The notes under the pieces are model-generated. The model was not told the DNA's origin. It saw only the letters and a list, made by a program, of their open reading frames with translations, and did no database searches. A program made the position numbers and the translations under genes. A stretch of 64,000 nucleotides of DNA from positions 62,001 to 126,000 of the forward strand of contig CT868452.1 in NCBI GenBank assembly GCA_000165425.1, in the 5' to 3' direction. This document shows, in pieces, positions 50,439-63,186 of the stretch (its first letter is position 1; each line of letters begins with the position of its first letter). Source of the DNA: Paramecium tetraurelia (lineage: Eukaryota).

Positions 50439-51186
50439 CTAAAATTTCTAATTTTTATAAATTTATTATTTTTTACAATCTTAATGGCTCAATTTTCATA
50501 TTTGTAAACCAATGGTTGTTTTACTCAACTAACTTATTAATATGTTTTTTCAACTTATAATAGAATTTCTAATTTTTAGTATAAATTATTAAATATTATT
50601 TAGTTTTAATAAGAACAATAAGATTTAAAGTTCTTTGGACGTTCCTTCTATAATAATATGATTTTTATATCCTTCTTATTTAAAGAATTCCGTTATTGTA
50701 TTCTTAATACTAAAAAATGATGAAAAATTAACAGTTTTTTTAATGGCACCTAATTAATTTTTATCGAGCCCAAAATGTCATTGGTTTCTCAATTAAAAGA
50801 TAAATAGATATCATAAAAGAAAGGATTTATTAAGTTTCGATATAAATATTGAGGTGTTAAAGATATCTCAATGTATTTTCTAAAAAGATGTGTTGGAAGA
50901 ACCCTGTAGCTTTAATCCTTATGATTTACAACTCTTAAAAATTTATATCGGTTAAATTGATATTACTTTAATTAATTTTGATTAAGAATAATCACTCTCA
51001 GTTTCAAATTAATTCCCTTGACTCCCATTTAATATGATTATAAGTACAAATTTTTCAAATGATCATTATGGGGCATAGATTTATTTAATTTTTATATAAA
51101 TTTTTAGATTATTAATGCAAATTTAAATTAAATATAATATACTATTAATGGTTACGCAATAAATTAGTATAAACATAATATCAAAA

Positions 51187-52409
51187 TCACTGAGGTGTGA
51201 ATAATCTGAGCAACAATTCCATAAATATTATTAAACTTATTTTAGTACTGGCCTTCAAGCATGAAAGTTTTCTAATAATATAAATTATATGTTACCTTCT
51301 TATTACAATTAAAAGAATAGAAATTAAAAGTCTGATTTTAGATCTATATTGTTAGACAATGACACCTCGATTGTACTCCTTCAAGTAATTCATTTTGATA
51401 TCTTTATTAATCATTTTTTAACACCATTAAGATATAACTGTCTTCATCTTTGGCCATTCAGAATCATTATGCATTTCATGAAAACCCTATTCGAATATTT
51501 TCATTGTTTTTTCTTAGGATTGAATTTACATGTAAAAATCTACTGAGTCTAGATGCGAAGAGATCTTATCTTGCTTACCATGTAATATTAAGATAGGAAT
51601 TTTAAATTAACTAGCATTAGGTAAAATGTATTATTAAAATTATAGCACATTCAAAGCAAATTGGATGCTCATGAAGGGGCTAATTAAAGGATCTATTGCT
51701 AATTTTCTAATATGATGGTTATTTTTGGATGCAAAGGATAAATTATGATAAGTATTAAGCTATAAATCTGGACATACTTTAGCCATCATCTGTAATGTGA
51801 TCATCTTTATTCTTCCATATCTTGGTGGTACTCTAAATTGAGCACTGCTGCAAATAAGTCCTTGTATTTCAAATTATGGATTCATCAAGCAAAAACTGAT
51901 TACAATTGCTGCTCCCAAAGCGTGAGAAAATATGAACAATGGTATTGATTTATCAACTTAGTCTAAAATGGTTTCAAGATCCATATGCATCTCTTCTATA
52001 GTAGATTTACTTCTTATTCCACCTGAAAATCCAAAACCTCTTTAATCATAAAGATGAACTTTAAAATTATTGAGTAAAAAAGAATCAGTCAACTAAAATT
52101 AGATATAGGTGTAATACTTGATTGTAATTTCCTGAATGTTCACCAAATCCATGCACAATTATTACTTAAGCATCAATAAACTAAGGAGTGAATTCTTGGT
52201 AATATAACTATATCCCATGTGTTTTAGTGTCAATATACTTCCTTGTAACCTTAAATCTATTAATAATTGGAATACTTTAGAAGTTTATTGAACCCCTAAA
52301 AAAAAGGAATTCAATTCTTTCTTAACTTTTTAACTGTCAGAGTGTATATCTGTACTTTCGGTCCTTTTTGGTGAATCCATTAGTCTCTCTTCTGTGGTTT
52401 AAAAGCTCA
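51187..52409 (-). CDS. alpha/beta hydrolase, monoglyceride lipase/lysophospholipase family, nucleophile Ser absent
   Basis: IIVHGFGEHSG, YDQRGFGFSGG, PLFIFSHALG, ILHGKQDKI, FEQGFHEMHND; C-terminal hydrophobic tail. Confidence 0.85.
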
Positions 52410-53071
52410 TTATATTATTACTTTTTTACCCATTAAAGCTAAATGTGAGTGATAAAGTATGAGGTATTAATAGTGATTATGACGCAAGATTTAAGAAAGA
52501 CAATTAAATTATTTATATATTATTATACAGACGATCTGGACACTCTCATTTGCATGATGCTTCCTACTACATCACTGTAAAACTTTCAAGGAAGCTTTAT
52601 ATATAATTTTTATAAAATTAATTATTTTTATTTGACATTTTATTATAATATTAATTTAAACATAATCTCAGATCTAGGCCATTTGTTTCAATCTCCAATA
52701 CTTCAAATTTATCAATAACATTTATGAAGAATTTCGTTATTCAAATGATCTACATCGGTTTTGGAATAAATTCTTTGATGTGCTTTCTTAGAATCTTTAT
52801 TTGTTAATAAATCATCTAAATTGTGATAGCTTTAATCTCATAATTCTATTCGATAAAATTTTTAGATCCTTAAGAGTATTTATAAAGCAGAATGGCTTAT
52901 TGATTCTGATTTGCATAAGGGATACGTAATAATCTTATTTTAAAGTATACCATCATATAAATAGAATATTCAAATGAGATTTGGAATAATTGTCTTTAAT
53001 TTTTCATTTATCAGTAAAATTGTAGGTATAATCATATAGTTATACTATATATTTAAAAAACATAAAATTTA

Positions 53072-54211
53072 ATGTATAAACATTTATTGAAATTACGCTA
53101 TGCATATCACCCAAGTATTAAATTTACCCATGTTCATCCTTCAACCTAATATACCCCCATCAAAATGACAGTCAGAGAAGCTATCAACCTAGCGATGGAT
53201 GAAGAATTGGCTCATGACCCAAATGTGTTTTTACTTGGTATACGATTTAATATTAATATAAATCAGGAGAGGAAGTGGGACAATATTAGGGTGCCTACAA
53301 AGTATCAAAAGGATTATTCTAAAAATACGGTGGAGATCGAGTTATTGACACACCAATTACTGAGGCAGGATTTACAGGCATAGCTGTAGGAGCAGCCCTT
53401 TATGGATTGAAACCTATCGTTGAGTTTATGACTTGGAATTTTGCAATGCAAGCTATCGATCATATAATAAACTCTGCAGCTAAAGCACATTATATGAGTG
53501 CTGGTGATTAGAAGGCTTCAATAGTCTTTCGAGGAATCAATGGGTAAGATCAAAGATTTATAAGTCTTTAGTGCTACAGCTTATGTTGCAGCCTAACATT
53601 CTTAATGTTTTGCTTCATGGTATAGTAATGTACCTGGATTGGTTGTGTTATCTCCCTATGATTGTGACGATGCCAAATCTCTTCTCAAAGCAGCTGTGAG
53701 AAATCCAAACCCTGTAGTATTCTTAGAGAATGAAATCCTCTATAGTGAATCCTTTGAACTCTCAGCTGAAGCCAGAGATCCTAATTATTTAGCACCCATA
53801 GGAAAAGCCAAGATCATGAGACCAGGAGATCATGTTACTATAGTAGCCTTTTCAAAAATGGTTTAATACTCTCTCAAGGCAGCTGAGTAACTGTCCAATG
53901 AAGGAATTAATTGCGAAGTAGTTAATTTAAGAAGTTTGAGACCATTAGATAGGGAAACAATTCTTGAAAGCGTTAAAAAGACAGGTCGTCTAGTGTGTGT
54001 AGAAGAAGGATGGCCACAGTCTGGCATTTCAGCTGAAATTACAGCATTAATTATGGAGGCAGGAGCATTCAAATACTTGGATGCACCAATATAAAGAGTG
54101 ACTGGTGTAGAAATACCAACTCCTTATGCTTTTAATTTAGAGGCTATGGCATTCCCTAAAACTGAATAAATTGTTGATGCAGTATAAAATGTCTTAAAGG
54201 GTGTTCGATGA
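53072..54211 (+). CDS. PDHB: pyruvate dehydrogenase E1 beta subunit, mitochondrial
   Basis: [72 protein letters not shown]. Confidence 0.97.
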
Positions 54212-54623
54212 TTGATTATTAGACATAATAATACATATAAATTAAGAAATTTCATTAAAAGTTTTTGGGCATTCTAAAAATACATATATATTAATTTTTA
54301 TTATAATTTGATCTCAAATTGAAGATTTTATTAATAAAGGATATGTAATATTCTAAATCTGCGTTACCATCAAAATCCTCATTCTATTTTCTATGATTTT
54401 TATTCATAATTTTATTCTTTCAAATACAATAATAAGAGAGTGAATATAAAAAAATCTTAAGTAGAATATCTAATTATTTCAATTTAAAATATTGTTGATA
54501 GGATTCATCAACAATTATAATTACTAATGGAATAAAATGTATAAGCATCAATTTTTAAGAATAATAATATTCTTATTTTTGAAATTAAAACTCATATTCT
54601 GCTAATTTTCTATCTATTAATAA

Positions 54624-55178
54624 ATGTAAAAATTAGTTCTCATATTTGCAATCATAGCATTAAGTTTAGCTATTGATGTAGTAGACGACTATGATGTCGA
54701 ATCATATCTTGGCGATTGGTTTGAAGTTGCTAGTAGTCCTTGGGTTCATACAACATTCGAGAAAAATGGATTCTGTAATAGAGCTAGATACGGTGCATTG
54801 GCCAGTGGAGATCTCAGTGTTTATAATGTTTAAAGAGATGGGGCTGGTGATGGACCAATAAAATCTATTGATGGATATGCTAGGATCCCAGATTTATCTC
54901 ATAAAGCCAAATTGAAGGTGTTTTTAAATGGAGGATAAGCAGGAGGAGGAGATTATTGGATAATTGAATTGGGACCAGTTATTAATAAGAAATATCAATG
55001 GGTTATCGTGAGTGAACCTGAAATGTTGTTTATGTGGGTTTTATCAAGAAATCCTTAGTAATACAGAGAGGAGTATGAAGATTATGTGAGAGATCGAGTA
55101 AGTGCTTTGGGTTTCAATGGTGTTTTGAATAAGTATGTTCCTAGATTTTTCGATAAATGTGTGCCATATGATGATTGA
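54624..55178 (+). CDS. secreted lipocalin (ApoD/Blc-like)
   Basis: Signal peptide; DVESYLGDWFEVAS (SCR1), GDYWIIELG, MWVLSRNP (SCR3); intronless. Confidence 0.92.
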
Positions 55179-55218
55179 ATCAACTGATATTTATAGATAT
55201 ATGGATTATTTATGTTTA

Positions 55219-55851
55219 TCAATATCTTCTTGGAGCTGTGATAATCTCATAAAACTCTTCAAATGAGATTTATTCAGGACTCTCTGTTTTTCTGAGGATG
55301 TGAATATGATGGATCATTTCATGCAATTCATCATCATTCAAAGTTTCTCCTAGTTCTTTGGCAACACGTTTTAAATTTGTGAAATCAATTAAACTAATCT
55401 TATGATTAAAATAATAACCCAGTATCTTCAGGATCGTAGATTTAGAACAATTTCTATGCTCCTTCTCTTGTTTTATTGTTTCCTAATCTGTTTGAAATAA
55501 TATCAACAAAAGTATCAAAATTGATTGACTCTCCATGACTAGCATTGATATATGATGATGATTACTTTTCTAAGTCTTGCACCATTTGATACACAAATTT
55601 ATTTCTTGCATCAACACCTAAGTCTTCAAGCACTTTCTTTATTTCATGAGCATCTATTGTGCCACTCTTATCATCATCAAACAAATCGAAAGTTTCCTTA
55701 AAATCTTTTACCATATTATTACTCTCAAGTCATTAATTTCCTCTGGAGTCAAATAATTTTCCTTAGGCTTCTAAGGTTTAGCTGCTGGTGCGCCTTTCTA
55801 TTTATTATTTTAAGCAGGTGCTTACTCGGCTTATTTATTTGCTCTAGACAT
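55219..55851 (-). CDS. centrin family EF-hand protein
   Basis: ETFDLFDDDKSGTIDAHEI, INFDTFVDII, YDPEDTG..IDFTNLKRVAKELGETLNDDELHEMI, ISFEEFYEII. Confidence 0.92.
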
Positions 55852-55889
55852 ATCTATTTAATAATTTTATTTATAAATATTCATTCTCT

Positions 55890-56823
55890 ACAATCAAGCC
55901 AATATATGATCCCAAAAATTCAGTATCACCAGAATCATTCTTCCTTTTTGAAATTGGTTCTGTGATCCAATTGAATTTCTACCTTAAATTCTGAGGGATT
56001 TTAAGAAGACATCATTGATAATTCAAAAGGAACAATGGATGGGATGATTTATACTTGAATTTTAAGTACATGATTGAAATTGTTCAATATAAAATGATGA
56101 ATAATATGAAAATACTTAAAGATCAATTTGATTTTAGAAATATCTTCGGAAGATTGAGCCATTCTAAAATATATGAATTTTCAGATAGGAAAAAGTAAAA
56201 TTATTGATAATCTAAGGTTTTCTATTTTTCTTTTTCTTTTTCTTTTTGAACTTCATCAATTAAGTCTTCATTAAATTGTTTGAATGTGGGCATTGATTTA
56301 TTAAAAATAAAATCTAACTCCTAAGCAATAAGTTCTTCAACCTCTTCCCTAGTGAGTTGAATTTGCGGAAAATTAGGTAATAAGCAATTAAGTGTCTCTA
56401 TGATCTTGTCTTTAGAAATTACCTAAATATGATTATCAATTTTACATTCTCGTTTTTGTTATCGATTAACTTAAAGAGATATTTAATTTAAGCTGCTTTA
56501 TTTTGACTAAGGAATGTGGCATACCCAAAGAGAAACTCCCTGAAATTCAGAACTCTATCGTTATTGAGATCGATTCTTGTGAAAATGAGATTCGTGGTTT
56601 CTTGCGATCTTTATAATAAGGGAGATAATGGATTTTACTTGTTCTGAAATCCTCGATGGAATTCATTGAAATCAATAACTCCATCATCTTTGATGAGACT
56701 ACTGAGATTTTAAAATATTTTATATAAACATTGCACATCTTCTAACTGGATATTGGCTTGATCAGCAAATTCCTAGAGTTCATAGGTTGTGAGTAAATAT
56801 TATTTTGATTTTGTAATTCCCAT
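55890..56823 (-). CDS. EF-hand protein, calcineurin-B-like, possible N-myristoylation
   Basis: MGITKSK; LYKIFQNLSSLIKDDGVIDFNEF; IKYLFKLIDNKNEN..ISKDKI; 3' end approximate. Confidence 0.7.
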
Positions 56824-56849
56824 TATTAATTATAATAAATTTCATATAT

Positions 56850-57521
56850 ATGTAAAGAGAACCTTTTATTAAAATGATTGTAGTAGGAGAGAAAGGAGTA
56901 GGCAAGTTTAGCATGCACTTTTAACATTATTATTAATAAATATCACCTAATAGACAGATATTAATAGAAGAAATTATATGAGGAATTAGACATAATCAAA
57001 TGGGTAGTGTGTTCAACTAGAAATATGGGATTATGTTCATTAAGAAAAATACAATACTCTCAGTAAAACGTATGTAAGAGGGGCAGTGGTTAATTTAAAT
57101 AAATACAAGCAGGTTGTTTCATAGTTTGTTACATTAAGGATCCTAATTCTTTGGAGGAAACTCTAAAATAGAAGAGAATGGTAGAAGAATATAGAGATTA
57201 AAATAATATTATATTCATGTTGGTTCAGAATAAGTGCGACTTGGTGAGTGATGATGAACAGACTTCTTTTGTATCAGAATTTATAAGCTTTTGCAAAAAG
57301 AAATAACTTTTTCTCTTGCATTCAAACTTGTGCTAAGGAAAGTACGGGAATCAAGGTAGAGCAGCGTATTAGATTTATAAAAACTGTTCACAATTTTAAT
57401 TTAAGAAATCATTGACTAAGGATTACTTGCGAACCAACAGATGAATTTCAGTTAAAGTGCTAATGTATAATTAAATGCTGCTCAAAATCAATTAAATCAA
57501 TAGCAAAAGCCCTGCTGTTGA
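56850..57521 (+). pseudogene. degenerate Rab GTPase gene
   Basis: KMIVVGEKGVGKF, LEIWDYVHQEKY..YVRGAVG, LVQNKCDL, IQTCAK, C-terminal KPCC*; in-frame TGA near 56980 and frameshift near 57300. Confidence 0.75.
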
Positions 57522-57622
57522 TTGAATATTAATATATATATAATATAATTTATATTTTTACATTCTCTTTTTAAAAAGATTAAAAGGATTTTTAAATAAT
57601 AAAAAAATTTGTTTTATTAAAG

Positions 57623-58132
57623 ATGGTATATATAGCATTCATTTTCTATCTAGGTACTTGGAAAGTTTGTTGAAGTTGGAAGAGTTGTCAAAATCAATTA
57701 TGGTCCTTAAGAAGGCAAATTGGCAACAATTGTTGAAATCCTTAATGATAAGAGAGTCCTCATTGATGGACCAACAACTGGAGTTTAGAGATAAGTCATC
57801 CCAATCAGAAGATTGACACTTACCAAAATCAATTCTTAAAGGTGCAACAAGAGGAGCCAGAACTGGTGTCATTACCAAGGCAATTAAAAAATCTGATCCA
57901 TTCGCACAATACGCTTAAACCATTGCCGCCAAGAAGGTTGCTAAGAAAGCACTCAGAGCTAAATTAAACGATTTTGACAGATTCAGAGTCATGATTCTTA
58001 GAAAGAGAGTAATGCTATCAATAAATCATTTATTAGAGAAGTGCCCTCCTCAGCACCTAACTCAAATCTTTGAAAAAGAACACTGGTGGAAAGGCCTAAA
58101 CTTAAGCTAAAGGAGGAAATAAGAAGAAATGA
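57623..58132 (+). CDS. RPL14: 60S ribosomal protein L14 (eL14)
   Basis: ATG|intron|[40 protein letters not shown]...LNDFDRFRVM. Confidence 0.96.
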
Positions 58133-58957
58133 TCAGCTTATTATAAAATAAGTATATTAATACATTTGAATTACAATAACCTGCATAAATATATTATTAT
58201 CTAATGTTTCATGGTTCATCTCTTCTTTTTCGAATCTATTTTATATTTTTATCAAATATTATACAAAATACATATTTAATTCATTAAATTCCAGATCCAT
58301 ATCCATTTCAATCTAGAATCAAAGAGAAATTCTTTCTCTATCCTGACATTGTCATTTATGATTACAATATCTATTTTAGTACATTTTATGTCTCAAAGTC
58401 ATATGCTATACAATTTGTTCTTACCAAATAATTCTATTTCTGAATAATAATTATGTATTAATAATAATACTAACTTCACATGAATTTGTTGAAATGGATA
58501 TATGTTTGAGATATAAATGTTCATTATGATCTTTAATCAACTCAACTTTAAAGTATAAAAACAAGAAATCAAAGAATTTCCTTTTTTTTTATTTGACTGC
58601 CTTATAGTTTTGATATTATAAATATATAAATGAATTACAGAATTATGTTTCCAGATTCTTTTTGAAAATAGGCCAAAGACAACATTTGAGCAGACTTCTA
58701 ATAAATATCTTAAACATATTTATTGGTTTTCTCAATCAAATAGAATACTTATAATAAAGACCAACCAAAAATAAAAAGAATTTTATAATATGAATCTTAA
58801 AAAGTAATATATTAGAATCTTAATTGCCAATAATCTTGTCTATTACCAAACTTAATGTTTAGAGTTTAGGGATTATGAATATTAAGACCTTAATAATATT
58901 ATAATTCAGAATTTCTAATATTAGCTTATGAATACTATTAAAATATAATTAAAATTA

Positions 58958-61343
58958 ATGGCAGAGGAATTTGATGATGATCAATTTGATGGTTATGTTT
59001 CTACAAACACCAAAAATAGATATGACTATTTTAACGATATTCAACCAGAATAAGAGTAGACTTAAATATAGAATGCTCCAATATTTGCTGTTACTCAAAT
59101 TCCATTATATACATCCCCAACCACCTAACCAATTCCAGATATATCTAGTTTGTATCAAAATCAGCCATTAAATCAATAATCCCATTTCAATTCAAATCCG
59201 CTCTTGTAATCAAATTTTACAAATTAAAACGATAATTAACATAGCCCCATTTATCAAATTCCCTAACAAAATAATCCTACCTAATTAGAATCCTTTAATT
59301 CAAATGGTCATTCCAATTATGCACACTAATAATAGTAATAATAATAGTCCCAAGCTTATGAAGATGAAGAATTCTAAGAAGGGGAGTTTATTGAAGTACA
59401 AAAACCCATTCAAATAAAATAAGAATCTTTGCTTGCAGATCAACCCTAAATCTTGAGCACAAACAAAAATGAAGAACATTAATATTATGCAAATATAGAA
59501 TAATAAGAATAATTAATCAATTTTGAAATCCCAACAAGTGGAAATGTGATATCACCTTAATAATAATAATAAATTATTTCAACTATTTAATAAGAACCTA
59601 AAATATAATTAACCTCAATTTATGATGCATTTCCATCTGAACTAAACGAAACACCTACATCATTATAGCCGTCTCCTTTATTGCAAATTACTGATTTAAA
59701 ACAAGAAACCTAAAATGATTCAAAATATATGAATAATGTAAATTTAATCGAGATGTATTAAAATTCTGTTATCCCTCCCATAAATGATCAGCATGTGAAC
59801 TAAATGGATGAGTCATCTACACCTTAATAAAAATAAGATTTATTACATTTAATTGATTTTAATAAAGAGTCAAATCCAAACTTAAGGGAATAACATTACG
59901 AACAATAGTCTGATTCTTTGTTATAGTTTTCAAATGAAAAATAAGAATAATAATAACCAATTTAATAAGAACCCTTATTAATGTAGAATAACTTATTATC
60001 ATTACATAATGATTTACCAAATGATGCATTTTAATCTGAATAATAACATCAATAAATTAGTTCATACAATTTTCAAAATATAGTAATAAACAGAAACTTC
60101 GAAACTGAGGATTTACAAGAAGAATCCAAAACTCCAATCTAAGAGTTATAACATGTTTAATTTAAACCTGATCAGATGGCTGTACAGAGTACCCAATTAG
60201 AAACGAAAATCGACAATGAAGAATTTGATGAATTTGTAGAAGGAGAGGAGATAGAAAGCACAATCGAAAATCATTAATAAACTTAATAAATATAAATGGA
60301 ATCTACTATAACAAATTAATAACAATAACAATAAGTAGTGTAAAATCCATAAATAACATCATAAATTTATAATATTTAGGAACATTTTCATTCACCGAGT
60401 TCTTAACAATAAATATAGTTTTAGGAAAGTAGTTTACTTTAGCTTAACAATATATAGCTGACACCAGAAATTAAAATAAAATAAGGGCCACTAAAGGTTG
60501 AACCAATTTAGAAGCGTAATTGGAGAAACTAAATAGAAGACATTGTTGGATTCGATGCAGAATGTATGGATAGTTTTATTGAAGAATTGAGCGACTTAAA
60601 ATTAAATTTGTATAAGGCTTAAGTGTTAGAATATGCTTAATTGGCTAAGGATATTTAGGCTTTGAGAAAGAAAAAGCAGATTCACGTTGATAAAGAAGAG
60701 TACGAAGAGGCAACTGTTATTAGAGATACTTTAAGAGCAAAAGAGCCGATAGCTATGGTTTTGAAGAAGAAAATATTGTAGATTGCTAAGGTCATTGATC
60801 AAATGGATTAATAAGATTTGGATTATCATATAAAGAAATATATATTTGATCACGAAAGTGAAATACCCGAGAATCCATCAATAGAAATGCTTTTACCAAA
60901 GATTCAGATTGTAGAAGACTTTGTAAGTAAATTAAAGAAAGAATTGAAAAAATCAGAGTCAGTTTTGTCTATAATAAAATTATAAGGGCAGTTGGAAAAG
61001 GTTAGATATGAAAAGAAATATCAAAATTTCATTTTGGGATTGAGAAAGATTATAGGAATGAGTCATAGATTTTCTTAATTGAATGAGATTGTCTAATCGG
61101 TTAATGATAGATTAAGTGATCTAAAAATCGAAGTACAAATTTATTTTAAATATTGAATAGAAAGAAGTGAATAAATTGGATTACGAATTCATTTTTGAAA
61201 ATACATTGATTCCCTACTTGAAAGGATAGTAATAATAGCAGAATTATTGTAATTATTGTTTCCAATCAAAATCAGATTTGATTGAGTACAAAGGGAAGTT
61301 GTACGACGTTTGTTGTTTGAATTTTTATTATAATATTAATTGA
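58958..61343 (+). CDS. Gln-rich protein with acidic-Phe motifs, UVR-like motif and synergin-gamma-like Cys C-terminus
   Basis: MAEEFDDDQFDGY, EEFDEFVEG; VDKEEYEEATVIRD; CNYC..EYKGKLYDVCCLNFYYN*; frame is also open back to ATG 58630. Confidence 0.65.
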
Positions 61344-62156
61344 ATTTCTATGTTAAATAAGTATAGTCTTAATAAATTCTATCTTGATAACTAATTATTA
61401 TATTTATTCAATGTATCTTATTAATTAGTATGAAAAGATTATTTGTCCTTATATTTTACTTACTTAATCGGGTTAAGTATAATAAATTTTGACATACTCT
61501 AATGTAAATTCTGTATTATTTAGTTATATGAGTGAATGAGATTAATTCAATGCTTGTATTTAAATGAATAGTAATATTTATAGACTATTTTAAAAGTACC
61601 TACTAATTGAAACAAAGGGCAAACCTAAATGTTATCGAAGTATTGGTAGGTAAATAAAATAAAATGATTTATTTTACATCATGCCATATTTCAGGTATTT
61701 TTCAGGGACTATTTTATAAAAATCAATTCTGAGTTATACTTTGAAAACATAATATCCAAATGTCTAATAGGGTATAACAATTTCAATATCTTTGCTGAAT
61801 GCATTATTGATCAATCTATTTGGATTAATCATTTCAATTCATTTATGTTTTTCATTTTACCTGACATATGGTATTTGTTATTTAACAGTGGGATATTTGT
61901 AAGAGTAGTGTTATAAAGAGGATGCATAATTAAATTAATAAATATAAGAATTAATTGTAGAATATTTTCATCATCATTTTGCTAAAATTATAAATTTTCA
62001 ATTTAAGTGTGAAATGAAGGAGAACGGAGAAAGAACCATAGAAAGGATAAATTAGAGGAGTGTTAAAAATTCTATTGTATGGAGATTATTAGAATATATA
62101 AAATTTAAAACGGATTTATAAGTGAATAATTAATAATAAAGGGGAAAATAGCAAAG

Positions 62157-62439
62157 ATGAGACAGGTGTTATTCATACTGATTTTAGCATCTATATGTTT
62201 TGCCCAATCCCAACTGAGAGGCCGCCAATAATTTGGTATAGCTGCAATTGATATGTGTAGAGAGATAGGATGTTAGCTTAGAGGATTATTCATTCATGCA
62301 ATTTCACTATCACACACCTCCGATGGATGTAATGATGATGAATCACGAACTCGAGATATAGAGAATGATGGGAGTCCCTGGAGTTGTGATGATGAATTAT
62401 GTTATAGAGGAATCTCCATACAATCCAATATCATGGTGA
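62157..62439 (+). CDS. small secreted precursor peptide (~85 aa)
   Basis: Signal peptide MRQVLFILILASICFA; 25-nt GTA..TAG intron 62236-62260; ends ESPYNPISW*; GC above flanks. Confidence 0.65.
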
Positions 62440-62498
62440 AAATATTATTAAAATATATAAATCCATCATTGTCTTACTGCAATTTCATATTATTCATC

Positions 62499-63186
62499 TC
62501 ATATGGGTAGAAATGAATTGGATTGTGAAGACTTAAAGCAAAAAGACATTATCTATTTTATAAGTGCAAGTATTTATTTTGTAATAAACTTCATTCCAGT
62601 GATCCCAGCTGGAAATGAAGACGCAAACAGCCAGCCCAAAGATATCATCTAAAGTCTTTAAGTACTCAAATACCTAGGCAATCGAAAACACGAGCACGAA
62701 TATGTAATTCTTGTGGATCAGACTAAAGTACACTGTGGCTATAAGCATGATCACATAAATGTTTGTATAGATGAATTTTTCCTTGTTGCAAAACATCTTC
62801 ATAAAGTTCTTTCCTCCTTTTATAATGAACAATGAAATCCATAAACTTAATGATCTACATAACATTTAAATACACGTCTTACCCTAAACTGAATAGTCCC
62901 CCGAATTTGGCTGGAAACACTATGATCAGAGGTAAAAATGTGAATGCTATAAACATGAAGCACAAACCAAGGCCAAAAAATATTGCGAAATTCTTCCAAT
63001 TCATTGCTGCTTATTATACATCCTGCACTTTTGTCACAACATTTTCTTTGAAATATTATTTAATTTTTTACATGGCTTTAGAAATCTAAAAGACTAAGAA
63101 AACTTAGACACGAATCCTGATTTCTCTTGAGGATCAGATTGCTATTCAATATCGGTGCTTTAATTCCAAAATTAAATATATTTCAT
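62499..63186 (-). CDS. SFT2: Got1/Sft2-family vesicle transport protein
   Basis: FAIFFGLGLCFMFIAFTFLPLIIVFPAKFGGLFSLG, four TM segments, ASSFPAGITGMKF, ends FLPI*. Confidence 0.88.

Noticed and set aside
52559..52595. 7-bp inverted repeat gcttcct...aggaagc, possible ncRNA hairpin
   Set aside because: Too short; no snoRNA boxes or tRNA cloverleaf could be supported
58630..58957. In-frame upstream extension of the synergin-like gene
   Set aside because: AT-rich with non-coding-like composition; long open frames arise easily with a single stop codon
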